Source: a virus
Taxonomy: Duplodnaviria; Caudoviricetes
Strand: one strand, 5' to 3'
DNA length: 47,265 bases
IMG/VR virus record: IMGVR_UViG_3300011443_000007
Location: 1 to 47,265 of that record
Shown in pieces: positions 33,338 through 43,970 of the stretch. The notes under the pieces were generated by a model. It was not told where the DNA came from, did no database searches, and worked only from the letters and a program-made list of their open reading frames with translations. How positions within the stretch are numbered: the first letter of the stretch is position 1; each line of letters opens with the position of its first letter. The position numbers were made by a program, and so were the translations under genes.

Positions 33338-35648
33338 TTACGAGAACGATAAGGGCCTGGAGGCCAATGGGCCGGCAGTCAGCCACACCCCCGATACCGG
33401 GGATGGGCTCCTAGAGGAGCTGGAGAAGGATTTCGAGCGCCTCAAGGCCCAGAAAGCTCGACCCACCGGCGGTGTCGAGGGATCGGTGCTCCTGCACCTT
33501 TCCTTTCTCGATGATGAGCAGTATACCAACTACAAGAACAAAACCCTCTCCCTTGAGGCCCAGGATGCGAATAAGCTTTACCTGACCTTCAACTTGATCA
33601 CCCCCCGGTGGAACAAGCTGCTGGGACGGCTGAGCGCGTTCAACGCTCCCTTCAAGGCTCGGCCGAACAAGAAAGACCCCCAGGCGCTTGAGGAAGCCGA
33701 GATCGTCGACCGGATGACCATCGCCCTTGACGAGAAGCTGGATGACCCAAGCCGGCTCCGGGAGACGCTCTGGTGGATGGGCGTGGGCGGGACTTCCTTC
33801 CGCCACATCACATGGATCCCCAACGCGACGATCGAGCCGAATCCTCAGTTTGATGAGGCCGGCGAGTTGTTGTTCAAGTTCGACACGCCTGACGGCCCGA
33901 TGACCGTCACGGAGACTGAACGGGATGAGATGATCGAAGCAGGGATGTATCCCCCGGAAGCGTTTGAAGTCTACGAGGAAGTCGAACTTGTCGGGGAGGT
34001 CGGTGACGAGACACTGAACCCCCTCCAGGTGTTCATCGACCAGACCGTCCGCTCGGTCCAAGACCTCGCTCCGGATCAGTGGGTGCACGTCGCCGTGCCG
34101 CGGACACTGGGATGGATCAAGGAGAACTTCAACGAGGATGTCGAACCCCAGTCGGAGATCAACATCATCACCTCCAAGATCCGGGCTGAAGGCGAGTCTG
34201 GTGGCGGGAGGAACCTCAAGGACCTGATCCCCCTCATCCAAGGCTCGTGTGACGAGAACGATCCGAAGATGGCCCTCGTGATCCAGTCCTACCAATGCGC
34301 CTCCACTGATCAGCCCAAGGGTCGCTACGTGTGCTGGATCCCGAAGGATCGCATTCTCCACGATGCTGATAACCCGTATGAGGAAATCCCCCTCGTTGAC
34401 TTCCACTGGTCGCCAGTGACAACCTCGTTCTGGACGAAAGGTTACATCGCCCCACTCATCGCCCCGCAGCGGTTCATTAACAAGCGCATGTCCCAGCTTG
34501 GCGAACAGTCCAATGCCGCGATCTACTCCAACATCCTCCTCGGCGGCGGACTCAAGGCCGGTGATATCCCCGCTGACTTCCCCGGCGTGGTCGAGAACGG
34601 GATCGACGAGAACGGAATGCCGAACATCCAGCGCACACCCCCGCCCGAGCTCGGGTCGTGGTTCCTCCCCTCGATCGAGATGGCGGTCAAGATGTTCAAT
34701 GACTCCGCCGGCGGAGCCGACCTGATGGAGGACAACAAGTTCCCCGGCCAGCTCCGGGGACCGATGGCCGTCCCGATGCTCCAGGAGATCATGGACACCC
34801 AATGGGGGCCGTTATTCGCCCACCTGGGTGAACGCCTCAGCCGGGTCAAGCAGATGCGCCTGAACCGGGTCAAGCAGTTCTACCCGCCGCTTCGGACCCT
34901 CCACTACACCTCCAAGGACCAACGCGATGAGGTGATTACCTTCCACACCGAGGAGGTGCTCAGGTCCGGGACGAACTTCTCCATCACCGTCGAACGCGGC
35001 GCGATGATGCCGGAGCTCCGTGCCTTGCGTGAGGCTCGGGTCAGCGAACGGATGGCAGGCCCCCTTGCGATCCTCTACATGGACGAACGCACTGGCCGGC
35101 CCGACAAGAGCAAAATCGCCGCGGATCTCCAGTTCGGGGATGTCGGCAGGGAGGCAAGAGAGTCACAATACCGGAAGCTCGCACTGGAGATCATCAAGAT
35201 GCTCTGGTCGGGTAAGACCCTACCCCCCGTCCAGCCCTTCTACGACCATGGCGTGATGCTTGATGAGCTCGAAAGTGCGATGGCGACGACGGAGTTTCTC
35301 AAAGCAAGCCCCCAGATCCAGCAAATATTCAGCGATCGCTGGTCCCAGCACACCCAGTATCTGCAACAGGAAGCGATGGCCCAGCAACAGTCAATGCAAA
35401 ATGGGATGATCCACAACGCCGTCGCCCAGGCAACCCAGCAAGCAGCCGCCACTGCCGCCGCCCAAGCTATCGAACAGGCATCGTTCCAGCAGCAGGCCCA
35501 GAATGCCCAACCGACGGATCAATACATGGCCCAGGCTCAGGCTCAGGCTCAGGCCGGAGCACAAGCCCAGCAGGTAACGGAGCAAAGGGCACCGAAACCG
35601 AAGGCTAAATCGCGCAAAATCACCCTAGAAGAGAAAGGCGGCGACTGA
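33327..35648 (+). CDS. Portal protein (podovirus type, Gln/Ala-rich C-terminal barrel)
   Basis: Size, position after terL, L...Q..IN motif and long Q/A helix. Confidence 0.8.
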   Translation: MANSYENDKGLEANGPAVSHTPDTGDGLLEELEKDFERLKAQKARPTGGVEGSVLLHLSFLDDEQYTNYKNKTLSLEAQDANKLYLTFNLITPRWNKLLGRLSAFNAPFKARPNKKDPQALEEAEIVDRMTIALDEKLDDPSRLRETLWWMGVGGTSFRHITWIPNATIEPNPQFDEAGELLFKFDTPDGPMTVTETERDEMIEAGMYPPEAFEVYEEVELVGEVGDETLNPLQVFIDQTVRSVQDLAPDQWVHVAVPRTLGWIKENFNEDVEPQSEINIITSKIRAEGESGGGRNLKDLIPLIQGSCDENDPKMALVIQSYQCASTDQPKGRYVCWIPKDRILHDADNPYEEIPLVDFHWSPVTTSFWTKGYIAPLIAPQRFINKRMSQLGEQSNAAIYSNILLGGGLKAGDIPADFPGVVENGIDENGMPNIQRTPPPELGSWFLPSIEMAVKMFNDSAGGADLMEDNKFPGQLRGPMAVPMLQEIMDTQWGPLFAHLGERLSRVKQMRLNRVKQFYPPLRTLHYTSKDQRDEVITFHTEEVLRSGTNFSITVERGAMMPELRALREARVSERMAGPLAILYMDERTGRPDKSKIAADLQFGDVGREARESQYRKLALEIIKMLWSGKTLPPVQPFYDHGVMLDELESAMATTEFLKASPQIQQIFSDRWSQHTQYLQQEAMAQQQSMQNGMIHNAVAQATQQAAATAAAQAIEQASFQQQAQNAQPTDQYMAQAQAQAQAGAQAQQVTEQRAPKPKAKSRKITLEEKGGD

Positions 35649-35650
35649 TC

Positions 35651-35848
35651 ATGCTCAAAGAACGCATCGATGCGGCTCTCCTCGACCTCGATACGGCTAT
35701 TGAGAGGGAAAAAGCCGATAACGCCGCTACCCTCGCCTCGATGAGGGCCAAGAAAGCCGCCCTGGTCGAGGCCAAGAAGGCAATCACCCCGGAACTGGAG
35801 GCGATGGTGCTCGCGCTCCAAAAACTCGGGTTTCTCAGCAGGTTGTAA
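35651..35848 (+). CDS. Small coiled-coil protein
   Basis: ORF directly after the portal. Confidence 0.55.
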   Translation: MLKERIDAALLDLDTAIEREKADNAATLASMRAKKAALVEAKKAITPELEAMVLALQKLGFLSRL

Positions 35849-35856
35849 CCAGCCTC

Positions 35857-35885
35857 TTGACAAGCCCGGCATAATATGGTAAGAT
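35857..35885 (+). promoter_or_regulatory. Sigma70-type promoter, TTGACA-N17-TAAGAT with extended TG, for the capsid operon
   Basis: Sequence match in the intergenic region before the scaffold gene. Confidence 0.7.
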
Positions 35886-36021
35886 AGCATCCTCCAATGG
35901 GAGTGTCCTTGTCCACACTCCCACGAACAAGCCCACAGACAAGCAGGTCGGACTCGACTCAGGCCGAGCGAACAACCGATCGTAGCCCCTTAACCGGCCC
36001 TCGATAGAAGGACTTCACACA

Positions 36022-36879
36022 ATGGCATTTTCTACGACTGAGTTTCTCGAAACACCTGGAGATGGCGGGAGTGGCGGGGGATCGTTCTCCCCACCCAGCG
36101 GTCCCAACACTGGATCGAGTCAGCCAACCGGGGGGAGTTCGGAGTCTACATCCCCAACGGTCTATGACATTAACGATGACACGATGATTCGTGTCAAAGG
36201 GAATGACAAACCAGTCAGATTCACCGATCACGTAAAAGGCTTCCAGTCCCAGATGACCCGGGCGACCCAAAGGGCTGCCCAAATCCAGCGAGAGCTGGAA
36301 CAAGCAAAGCAGGAAAGGGCGGAGTATCAGCGGCAGGTTGAACAGGCTCAGCACGGCCAAGGAAACGGTCAGCCGAGCATCGTAGACCAGTTGAATGAGC
36401 TCCCTTACTTGAGCGGTCGAGATGCCGCGCAGGTAATCCAAAACATCTCCACCCAGTTCGCACAGAGGGATCAGATCCTCCTGGCGGCTCTCCAGCGCAT
36501 GAAACAGATGCAGGAAGTCGTCAACAACCTCAACACCAACCATGTTAACACGGGCTTTGACTCGAAAATCAACAGGTGGCTAGAGGAAGGCGGATACCCG
36601 AAGGAAGCGGCTGACTTGATGAAGGAAGTCTACCTCGCGTATGAGGGCGATGACCTTGATGAGGAATTCCCGGGAATCTTCCGGGATAGGTGGAATGGGA
36701 TCCAGAAAGCTCTTGAAGGCGCACGGCAGGCGAAGGTCAATGCAGCACGCAAGACCCCGTTTGTGCCGGGCAGGGGTGGGCACGCAAACCCATCCAAGCC
36801 GTTACAGTTCAAAGGCGGCGAGTCAGCTCGCCAGATGGCCGATGAGCTGTGGGATCAGATGAAAGGGACTGACACGTAG
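36022..36879 (+). CDS. Capsid scaffolding protein
   Basis: Disordered N-terminus, coiled coils, position before the major capsid gene. Confidence 0.7.
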   Translation: MAFSTTEFLETPGDGGSGGGSFSPPSGPNTGSSQPTGGSSESTSPTVYDINDDTMIRVKGNDKPVRFTDHVKGFQSQMTRATQRAAQIQRELEQAKQERAEYQRQVEQAQHGQGNGQPSIVDQLNELPYLSGRDAAQVIQNISTQFAQRDQILLAALQRMKQMQEVVNNLNTNHVNTGFDSKINRWLEEGGYPKEAADLMKEVYLAYEGDDLDEEFPGIFRDRWNGIQKALEGARQAKVNAARKTPFVPGRGGHANPSKPLQFKGGESARQMADELWDQMKGTDT

Positions 36880-36919
36880 GGTTTAAGGGGACCCCCTCCC
36901 CTTGTAATGGATTAGGATA

Positions 36920-38197
36920 ATGGCAAACACAACGACAGCGGTTCAGGAGGCCCTTAAGTACACTTACGGGACCAACCGCGTGCTTTACCTGTTTAACCAG
37001 GAAAGCGTCATGTTCAATATCCTCTCCCGTGTGAAGAAACCAGTCGGCGGTCGTGGGCAGTTCATTATGCCCATCATGGTTAAGAACCCCGGTGGTTTCA
37101 GCGGCGTTGCGGAAGGCGGGACCATCCCGACTGCCCTCGATGCCGACACGACAGAGGCTACGTTCTCGCTCCAGGAATTCGTTGCGACCTACTCGGTGTC
37201 TTGGAAGCTCATCCAGGATGCACGCACCGACAAGTTCGCGTTCCAGCAGGCGATTCAGATGCTCGATGAGGGCCTGAAGCGTCGGATCATGCGGAATCTC
37301 AACAGTGACCTGATCGACGATGGCCGTGGCCGTCTCGCGGTCCTCACCGGCGCTGATGCGTCGGGTGTGGTCACTTCGGCGTTTCTCCCCCGCGTCGAAG
37401 TCGGGATGGTCGTCGACCTGAACGACACCGATAACGATACCCAGCACGCAGCGGATCAGACGGTCACTGCCGTCGACCCGATCGCTCGCACGGTCACCCT
37501 CTCGGGTGGCGCGGTGTCGAACGAAGCAGCTGGTGACTACCTCGTCATCGCCAACACCGTCGACGTGACGGATGTTGTCGGCCTCCACACCAACGGCATC
37601 CTCGGCGTCATCGATGATGGCGACCCGGCGGCTACGGTGGTTGGCAACTATGGCGGGATTGATCGTGACACCGCTGGCAACCAGTTCTGGAAGTCAGTGG
37701 TCCTGTCCAACTCCGGCACGAACCGTCCCCTGACCGAGGATCTCCTCCTCCAGGCGATGGACGGCGCACGCGAGAAGGGCAGCGGGATGCTGACGCACTG
37801 GATCAGCAACCTCCCGATCGTTCGTCGTTATCACGAGATGCTCGCGTCGGAACGGTATTTCTCGCTCTCCCAGCCCGGAGCCATCGGTGGCGGCATTGGC
37901 CGCAAGAAGATGGGCGAAGGCGAAGATGGCAAGACGCCGTACGAATTCAGCGGCATCCCCTGGCATGTGGATCCCTACTTCACGAACAACACGATCGTGG
38001 GTCTGGATTCCTCGCACTTCTTCCTCGGCGTCGGCGAGAACGATGTCCCGCGTCCGATCTCGGAGATTTTCGATGGTGTCGAATTCTTCAAGCGCGGCAC
38101 GACGACGACGTTCCAGGTCGAGTGGTATTACCAGCTTGAGCTCCTGTCGGATAACCCGGCGGCGGGCGTCAAGTTGGAAGACATCGCAGAGAGCTAA
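36920..38197 (+). CDS. Major capsid protein (presumed HK97 fold)
   Basis: 425 aa; AEGGTIP and IDR.T..FWKS patterns; position; AGGA RBS. Confidence 0.85.
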   Translation: MANTTTAVQEALKYTYGTNRVLYLFNQESVMFNILSRVKKPVGGRGQFIMPIMVKNPGGFSGVAEGGTIPTALDADTTEATFSLQEFVATYSVSWKLIQDARTDKFAFQQAIQMLDEGLKRRIMRNLNSDLIDDGRGRLAVLTGADASGVVTSAFLPRVEVGMVVDLNDTDNDTQHAADQTVTAVDPIARTVTLSGGAVSNEAAGDYLVIANTVDVTDVVGLHTNGILGVIDDGDPAATVVGNYGGIDRDTAGNQFWKSVVLSNSGTNRPLTEDLLLQAMDGAREKGSGMLTHWISNLPIVRRYHEMLASERYFSLSQPGAIGGGIGRKKMGEGEDGKTPYEFSGIPWHVDPYFTNNTIVGLDSSHFFLGVGENDVPRPISEIFDGVEFFKRGTTTTFQVEWYYQLELLSDNPAAGVKLEDIAES

Positions 38198-38209
38198 AGG
38201 AGGCTGATA

Positions 38210-38944
38210 ATGGGTATTTTCAGAAATCGGCCTACTGCAACTGCGGACGCTAACTACTCCGACGCAGCTCCGGGTCGTCATGGTGTGTATGGGGATGCGT
38301 ATGTCGTTCCCGTCGCAGACGGCTGGAAGAACGCCGCGGATGAGGGATCGTATTACGTTGGCACGAACGCAGCGCTGGGGACGCCCGTCGCGGGCCACGC
38401 AGCGCCGGCGCTTGCCGACAACGACGATACGCCTACCAAAGCGCTGTTGCATATCTTCAATACTGGCCAGCGCAACATCGCAATGGACTACGTGAAGCTC
38501 CAGTTTGAGACGGTGAATGCTTCATCGACCTCAACCGGGTTCACGATGTTCGTCGACAACATGGGTCAGACTGGTCGGACTAGTGCAGGAACGTCTGTTG
38601 TGCCGGTCAACACCAACTCGGGTTGTTCCGTCGCAACGGGCGCTGCTTGCTACTTCGGTGCAGTGGCCACCTCGGTGACGGCGAACTTGGCGAAGAAAAT
38701 CGGCCAGTGGACGGCTCGTCCGGTTATCGCAGTGACGGAGGATCAAATCCTGTTCCGCTTCGGACAGGGCGCGGCTCTCAATGCTCACGGCGTCATCACC
38801 GGCACGACCGTTGCGTCGATCCTCGTCAGTGTCGCTCCGGTGGTTATCGCTCCAGGAGGTAACTTCTACCTCTGCGAGAACTATCCCTCGGGCGCGATCA
38901 CTGCCGCGACGTACGAATTCGAATTCGGATTCGTCGAGCGGTAA
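38210..38944 (+). CDS. Capsid decoration / minor structural protein
   Basis: AAGGAGG RBS right after the major capsid gene; Ala/Thr/Gly beta-rich. Confidence 0.5.
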   Translation: MGIFRNRPTATADANYSDAAPGRHGVYGDAYVVPVADGWKNAADEGSYYVGTNAALGTPVAGHAAPALADNDDTPTKALLHIFNTGQRNIAMDYVKLQFETVNASSTSTGFTMFVDNMGQTGRTSAGTSVVPVNTNSGCSVATGAACYFGAVATSVTANLAKKIGQWTARPVIAVTEDQILFRFGQGAALNAHGVITGTTVASILVSVAPVVIAPGGNFYLCENYPSGAITAATYEFEFGFVER

Positions 38945-39342
38945 TGTATAAGGAGATCCGGAAGGGGGTTGACGTAACCCCCTTCCTTTCTCTGATCGAT
39001 CTGATCGACATCCGGTGGAATCCCCCCGGATGGGGATCCATCACCTCCCTAGACCTTCGGGGGCCTTTTGGCCCCCTCATCGAAGGGGAATGGGTTCAGG
39101 CAATGCTAGTGGGGATGAAACCCCTTTCCCTGATCCCCCTTCATGTGGACGCACCACAGAGAAGGAAAACCCGGCGGATCCACACGGTTCTTACCACTAA
39201 CCCGGGTTGTTGGTCATTTCATAACGGAGATTGGATCCAGCTTCTAGCAGGCTACCAATACGAGATGGACGAAACCCAGCCACACGGGTCCGTCAACATG
39301 GGGGACACAACCCGATACCATCTGATTGTTGATCTCCTCTAG
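38944..39342 (+). CDS. 2OG-Fe(II) dioxygenase, Asp/Asn/Pro beta-hydroxylase family
   Basis: IPLHVD (HxD), RIH..L.TN, PHGSVN.G...R.HLIVD. Confidence 0.8.
   Translation: MYKEIRKGVDVTPFLSLIDLIDIRWNPPGWGSITSLDLRGPFGPLIEGEWVQAMLVGMKPLSLIPLHVDAPQRRKTRRIHTVLTTNPGCWSFHNGDWIQLLAGYQYEMDETQPHGSVNMGDTTRYHLIVDLL
38960..38992 (+). terminator. Terminator-like hairpin inside the 5' end of the dioxygenase gene
   Basis: 11-bp stem GGAAGGGGGTT/AACCCCCTTCC followed by TTTCTC. Confidence 0.55.
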
Positions 39343-39357
39343 AAGAAAGGCCACCTT

Positions 39358-39573
39358 ATGTGGTCTTTACGCATCGTCACGGAGTATAACATTCTGTGGC
39401 GGAATTTCCCGACCGAGAACGACGCTAGGAAGTTTGTAGAAGATATCTTCCTAAAAAACCACGGGCTCTGGTTCACGGAAATAACAGAAACCCAATCCTT
39501 CGGCGGTTTTCCCACCTTCGTCCCGGATCGTTACATGAGGTGGATTGAACTCCACAACCACCCAGCACCTTAA
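39358..39573 (+). CDS. Small hypothetical protein
   Basis: AAAGG RBS. Confidence 0.5.
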   Translation: MWSLRIVTEYNILWRNFPTENDARKFVEDIFLKNHGLWFTEITETQSFGGFPTFVPDRYMRWIELHNHPAP

Positions 39574-39624
39574 CCCTACCGACGCTGCGGGGGATAATAG
39601 CAGCCTCATTCAAAGGACACTAAG

Positions 39625-40170
39625 ATGGCATTTCTCATCAAGAAATCCAACAACTCCCGCGGCGCTGTCGCCGGCGGTCAGAACGCGGTTGTCAGCCAGT
39701 ATATCCAAGTCTCCCGTGCGGCAAAGGCCCTTCCCCAGTCGGGCGTATCTGCCACGGAGCAGCTTTTCCGCGTCTACGGTGGACGCGTGTTCATCAAGTT
39801 CCTCGTCGCGGAAGTGACGACCGTCATCGAGGGCACGGATCCGGTGATCAAGGTCTCGGTATCGTCCCTGACCGACGCGGGCGTGCTTCAGGGCACGGCC
39901 TACGACATCGCTTCGACCATCAACCTGTCCTCGGATGAGGTTGGCTCGCTCTACATGGTCGAGGGTGATGGCACGGCGATTAACACCGGCAACCAGACCT
40001 CGGGTTCAATCGAAGCCTTCTCCACGGGCTTCATTATGAAACAGGGTCAGATCTACCTCACCACTGGTGCGGATAAGACCGGCGCGTTGAAGTGGGACCT
40101 TTGGTATCAGCCCCTTGATGCCGGCGCGTATGTTCTCCCGGTGAACACTGTAACGGCGGCGATCACGTAG
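39625..40170 (+). CDS. Beta-rich structural protein
   Basis: AAGGA RBS; followed by a hairpin at 40191-40210. Confidence 0.5.
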   Translation: MAFLIKKSNNSRGAVAGGQNAVVSQYIQVSRAAKALPQSGVSATEQLFRVYGGRVFIKFLVAEVTTVIEGTDPVIKVSVSSLTDAGVLQGTAYDIASTINLSSDEVGSLYMVEGDGTAINTGNQTSGSIEAFSTGFIMKQGQIYLTTGADKTGALKWDLWYQPLDAGAYVLPVNTVTAAIT

Positions 40171-40244
40171 TAACTTAACACAGGCCGAGGGGGAGGCAAT
40201 CCTGCCTCCCTCCCTTTCTGCGTATCAGAAGTAAGGCACAGACA

Positions 40245-40919
40245 ATGGATCAATTGAATCAGTTCGACCCGGTTACGTTCTCACACGAGGAAAACACCTG
40301 GCTCCTGGAACATCTCGGCGAGCCGACGGTCATTGCCCTCCGGAATCTCCGAGACGGCGTTAATCGCAAGCAGGTGAAGGAACTTCTCGATCGCGTGCAG
40401 GAGCTTGAGGAAATCAAGAAACACGAAGGACTCGATTGGATCGGCATCGATGCGATCAAGGCCGCGATCAAGACTTACCTGAGCACGGACTCCAAGTGGG
40501 AGCAGGATCACAAGCGCAACCCACGCGCTCCGAGGTTCCCATCCCTCTACAGCTTCGACAGCAAGGGTCGGGCACACATCGGCGGGCCGGGATCGGATAG
40601 TGGCCGGGTTCGGACTTACTTCGACGCCAAGGGGAATCGCGTCCCCTTTGCGATCAACCTTACCGTCGATAACATCCCCGACTGGGCCCCGCCTGGGTTC
40701 GGTGACGGCGGCACTGAGAAGGTCGAGAACGGCCTCGTGGTCAATGACACCGCGAACCGCATCGAGTGCTTCTGCGGCCACACGGAGCAGTTCAAGGCAT
40801 CGTCCCGGTCATCGTTCGCCGCGGCTCGTGCAAGGATCAGCAAGCATCTCCGACGCGCCACTGAGAACACCGATCAGCATCGGGAGCTCTACACTGCCGA
40901 GTTCGGGGGGTCAGACTGA
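40245..40919 (+). CDS. Hypothetical protein with C-terminal C2H2-like motif
   Basis: CFCGH...ISKHL...H. Confidence 0.55.
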   Translation: MDQLNQFDPVTFSHEENTWLLEHLGEPTVIALRNLRDGVNRKQVKELLDRVQELEEIKKHEGLDWIGIDAIKAAIKTYLSTDSKWEQDHKRNPRAPRFPSLYSFDSKGRAHIGGPGSDSGRVRTYFDAKGNRVPFAINLTVDNIPDWAPPGFGDGGTEKVENGLVVNDTANRIECFCGHTEQFKASSRSSFAAARARISKHLRRATENTDQHRELYTAEFGGSD

Positions 40920-41440
40920 TGTATCGCCAGCCCCAGCAGTTCAAACAGCCGATCGCACGGCCCAAGGCGCTTGGCCCGGAGTTTAACCCCTGGTTCTGGA
41001 ATCCCAACAATGTCTCCGCCCAGTTTGCGCCGGATCACTTCCGGCGCAGGCTGTGGAGGGAGATGGATCCCCAGCTTGATGTAACGTGGAACCCCATCAA
41101 CCAACGCTGGCAGGTGTGGGCCCGTAGCGAGAGGATGCAAAACCCCGTCTGCCGCGGATGGCGGTTATTGTTCATCCACAACGGCCCGGAAGGCGAATAC
41201 CTCCCACTCGATGAACGCGTCTTTGCCCGTCTCCTTTACGCGTCGGCTGATGTCCACGGCTCGGCGAAGGCTTACTTCGACCGAATCGCGTCGGAATACC
41301 AACGGGATCGGGAAAAAACCGAGAAGAAAAACCTCGACGATCAGATTGATATGGCGATGCCTTACTTCGAGCATTCCCAGATCAAAGTAAGCGGGTTCGG
41401 CAAGTCGAACGGAAATAAGTTCGCCACCTATCACCAATAA
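40919..41440 (+). CDS. Hypothetical protein in the head-tail region
   Basis: TGATG coupling. Confidence 0.55.
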   Translation: MYRQPQQFKQPIARPKALGPEFNPWFWNPNNVSAQFAPDHFRRRLWREMDPQLDVTWNPINQRWQVWARSERMQNPVCRGWRLLFIHNGPEGEYLPLDERVFARLLYASADVHGSAKAYFDRIASEYQRDREKTEKKNLDDQIDMAMPYFEHSQIKVSGFGKSNGNKFATYHQ

Positions 41441-41448
41441 GGCCTACG

Positions 41449-42318
41449 ATGTCCGAGCAAAAATTCATCTACACCGACGAGACGGGATCTTTCCACTGGG
41501 AGCCGACCGGGACTGGGATTAAGATCCGCACCGGTGGGATCAACCTCACCGGCACGCAAGCCGCCGCTGCTGGCACCCCTGTCGCCGGCACGCTCACCGC
41601 GGTAGCATCGACCGTATCGGGGGATATCACCTCCACCGCAGGCAATCTCGTGATGGGCGCAACGACCCTCAGTGAGACCGACCTGGCGAAGATCGATGGG
41701 ATCACGAACGGCACCGCAGCGGTGTCCAAAGCGTTAGTGTTGGATTCAAGTGGTGACTTGACGATGGTCGCCAGCCGAACGCTGAACATGAATGGCGGCC
41801 CGATAAGTAATATCGGCTCCATCACCGCTGGTAAGGTGAACCTTCGCTATGACCTAGCCAGCGGTTCCACAGGTGGAAACCAAGGTTCCTACCACTCCAT
41901 CATCAAGCGGTCCTCAGCCAACATCAACAACAACACGGCAACCACGGTCCTGACCGCTTCGGTGCCGAACCTGAACAACTCAGCAACTATCAGGCTCAAG
42001 TTCCTAGCCACACTCGGTTTAACGGATGCCTTTGAATCAACCCGGTATGCTGAAGCGTTCATCGTCGTAGCGCGTATCGCGGGTGGTGCCACAGTAGTTA
42101 CAGCCTCCGCACTTGCGAATGAAGCGATTGCAACCACTTCTGGTGGTGCGACCCTCACCCTCGCCTACGCGACGGGCGCTATCACAGGGGCAGACAGCGC
42201 AACCCAGACCTTCACCATCACGGTCACCATCGTCGCATCTGGCGCTACGAACAGCAATACCTGTCTCACGGTGGCCGAAGTGATGAATGAGACCAACAGC
42301 GGCGTCACTGTCAGCTAA
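41449..42318 (+). CDS. Fibre/spike-like virion protein
   Basis: Thr/Ala/Ser/Gly-rich; IDGITNGTA..SKALVLD shaft-like segment. Confidence 0.55.
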   Translation: MSEQKFIYTDETGSFHWEPTGTGIKIRTGGINLTGTQAAAAGTPVAGTLTAVASTVSGDITSTAGNLVMGATTLSETDLAKIDGITNGTAAVSKALVLDSSGDLTMVASRTLNMNGGPISNIGSITAGKVNLRYDLASGSTGGNQGSYHSIIKRSSANINNNTATTVLTASVPNLNNSATIRLKFLATLGLTDAFESTRYAEAFIVVARIAGGATVVTASALANEAIATTSGGATLTLAYATGAITGADSATQTFTITVTIVASGATNSNTCLTVAEVMNETNSGVTVS

Positions 42319-42348
42319 TCAGAACTGAATGGCATCTAAAGGACCTCG

Positions 42349-43020
42349 ATGACCGGACAAGACCTCCTCGACCGGATGGAACTCCTCAACCAGGAATTCC
42401 AACTCCAAGCAGGCGAAGCCGACACGACAAGGGGCTTGCTTGCGATCAACGTCGCCATCGATTACTTTGAAGGCCTCGCCGCGGCCAAGAAGGGCATCCT
42501 CGGCGGGTCAACGGGGCAGCTTACGACATCCGCGTCTACCGAAACGACGACCTTCCCCAGTGGGGTCCTCCGTATCGACCGGCTTCATCTCCTGACCGGC
42601 AACGCCGGCTCCCCCAAACGGGAGCTTACCCGCGTTCATCGCACCGGTGGGCATGTGATGAACTCCTTCTGGCCCCATAACTTGCTGGAATCGACCTCCA
42701 CCGGCGAGCCCCGCGGGTATTGGACCAACGGCACGAACATCTACTGGGCCCCTCTCCCCGATGGAACCTACTACATCCGCTACTACGGCTTCTCGTCCCA
42801 TGCAACGATGGTGGCCGCGACGACCTTCGCCTACCCCGACATCGTCGCCCTGCCCATCGCTGCGATGGCGGTCAAGCTGCTGAAAACCGGCATCGACGAC
42901 GACACCGAATCCCTCGACTCGATCGCCGCGATTACCTTCAAACCCGTGCTTGACACCCTGTCGAACTTCAACCGCGACGGGGCGAAGCCGTTTGAATACA
43001 CCCAGGTGCATAACACATGA
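42349..43020 (+). CDS. Head-tail adaptor (T7 gp11 / P22 gp4-like position)
   Basis: N-terminal helices, G.P..Y and P.PDG.Y motifs, size. Confidence 0.65.
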   Translation: MTGQDLLDRMELLNQEFQLQAGEADTTRGLLAINVAIDYFEGLAAAKKGILGGSTGQLTTSASTETTTFPSGVLRIDRLHLLTGNAGSPKRELTRVHRTGGHVMNSFWPHNLLESTSTGEPRGYWTNGTNIYWAPLPDGTYYIRYYGFSSHATMVAATTFAYPDIVALPIAAMAVKLLKTGIDDDTESLDSIAAITFKPVLDTLSNFNRDGAKPFEYTQVHNT

Positions 43021-43970
43021 GTATCTCAGTTCTTAATACTGATGCCGGGCTCTCCGGCAAGACCATCGCCAACCTGGAAGATGCCCAGAACGTCACCGGC
43101 CTGAAGTCCTTCAACCGTTCCCCGAACGCCCCCTTCGCAGTCCAAGCGGCATCGGCGGTTGTGCCGAACCTCATCGCCGAATCGCTCTCCGGCGGTAGCG
43201 TGGCTGCGACGACCGGCACGTTTTCCAGCACTCTCGCCGTAACGGGAGTCATCACGGGCCGCACATACACCCCCTACACCAACACCGAAACAGGCTCTAA
43301 AAACAACTGGGCACCTACGGGGATCATCGTTGGGAATAACTACATCCAATGGAGTGGCGCATCGGACCTGACTGTCACGGGATTCTCGGGCGGCTCCGTT
43401 GGACAAACCCTGACTTTTCACAACTCAGGTAGCTCTGTTGCTCGTTTTGCCCACGCTAGTGGCTCATCCACCGCAGCCAACACTTTCTACAACACCGTCA
43501 CATCCTCCAGCACTCCGGTTGCAGCGGGTGGACATGCTACGTGGGTTCACAACGGTGCGGTGTGGGTGATGGTTGAACACACCCAAGGTGCTGCTATCAC
43601 AGTTGCTCACTCAGATGCCAACTTTTCGGCTGATGGGGTCGACGCGGATTGGGCTGTCGCAGTAGGGGATCAGGCTGCTTTTTTCTACACAGTCGAAAAC
43701 AGAACCATCCGTGTGACACTTCAACTGGCGACAACAACGGTGGCAAGCACCCCAGCTGCGTTGAATGTGGTGGTGCCGGGTGGATTTTCGCTTGCTGTTA
43801 CTGCAACCCAATATGTGTCTGTAGCATACGGTAACGATAACGGAACCGTACGCGACTGCATAGCTTATGGGACAGGAACGAATATATATCTCATTGTCGT
43901 TGGCACGACCTGGGCTAACTCTACCGATGGGACTTTTATCTACTTCTGTGGCACCTTCGACATAACCTAA
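43017..43970 (+). CDS. Tail fibre / receptor-binding protein
   Basis: Q.VTGLK.F repeat type, beta-sandwich modules, lower-GC C-terminal half. Confidence 0.6.
   Translation: MSISVLNTDAGLSGKTIANLEDAQNVTGLKSFNRSPNAPFAVQAASAVVPNLIAESLSGGSVAATTGTFSSTLAVTGVITGRTYTPYTNTETGSKNNWAPTGIIVGNNYIQWSGASDLTVTGFSGGSVGQTLTFHNSGSSVARFAHASGSSTAANTFYNTVTSSSTPVAAGGHATWVHNGAVWVMVEHTQGAAITVAHSDANFSADGVDADWAVAVGDQAAFFYTVENRTIRVTLQLATTTVASTPAALNVVVPGGFSLAVTATQYVSVAYGNDNGTVRDCIAYGTGTNIYLIVVGTTWANSTDGTFIYFCGTFDIT

Noticed and set aside
33411-34802. 463-aa antisense ORF (also 12730..13779 and similar)
   Set aside because: Shadow ORFs expected opposite GC-biased genes; no motifs
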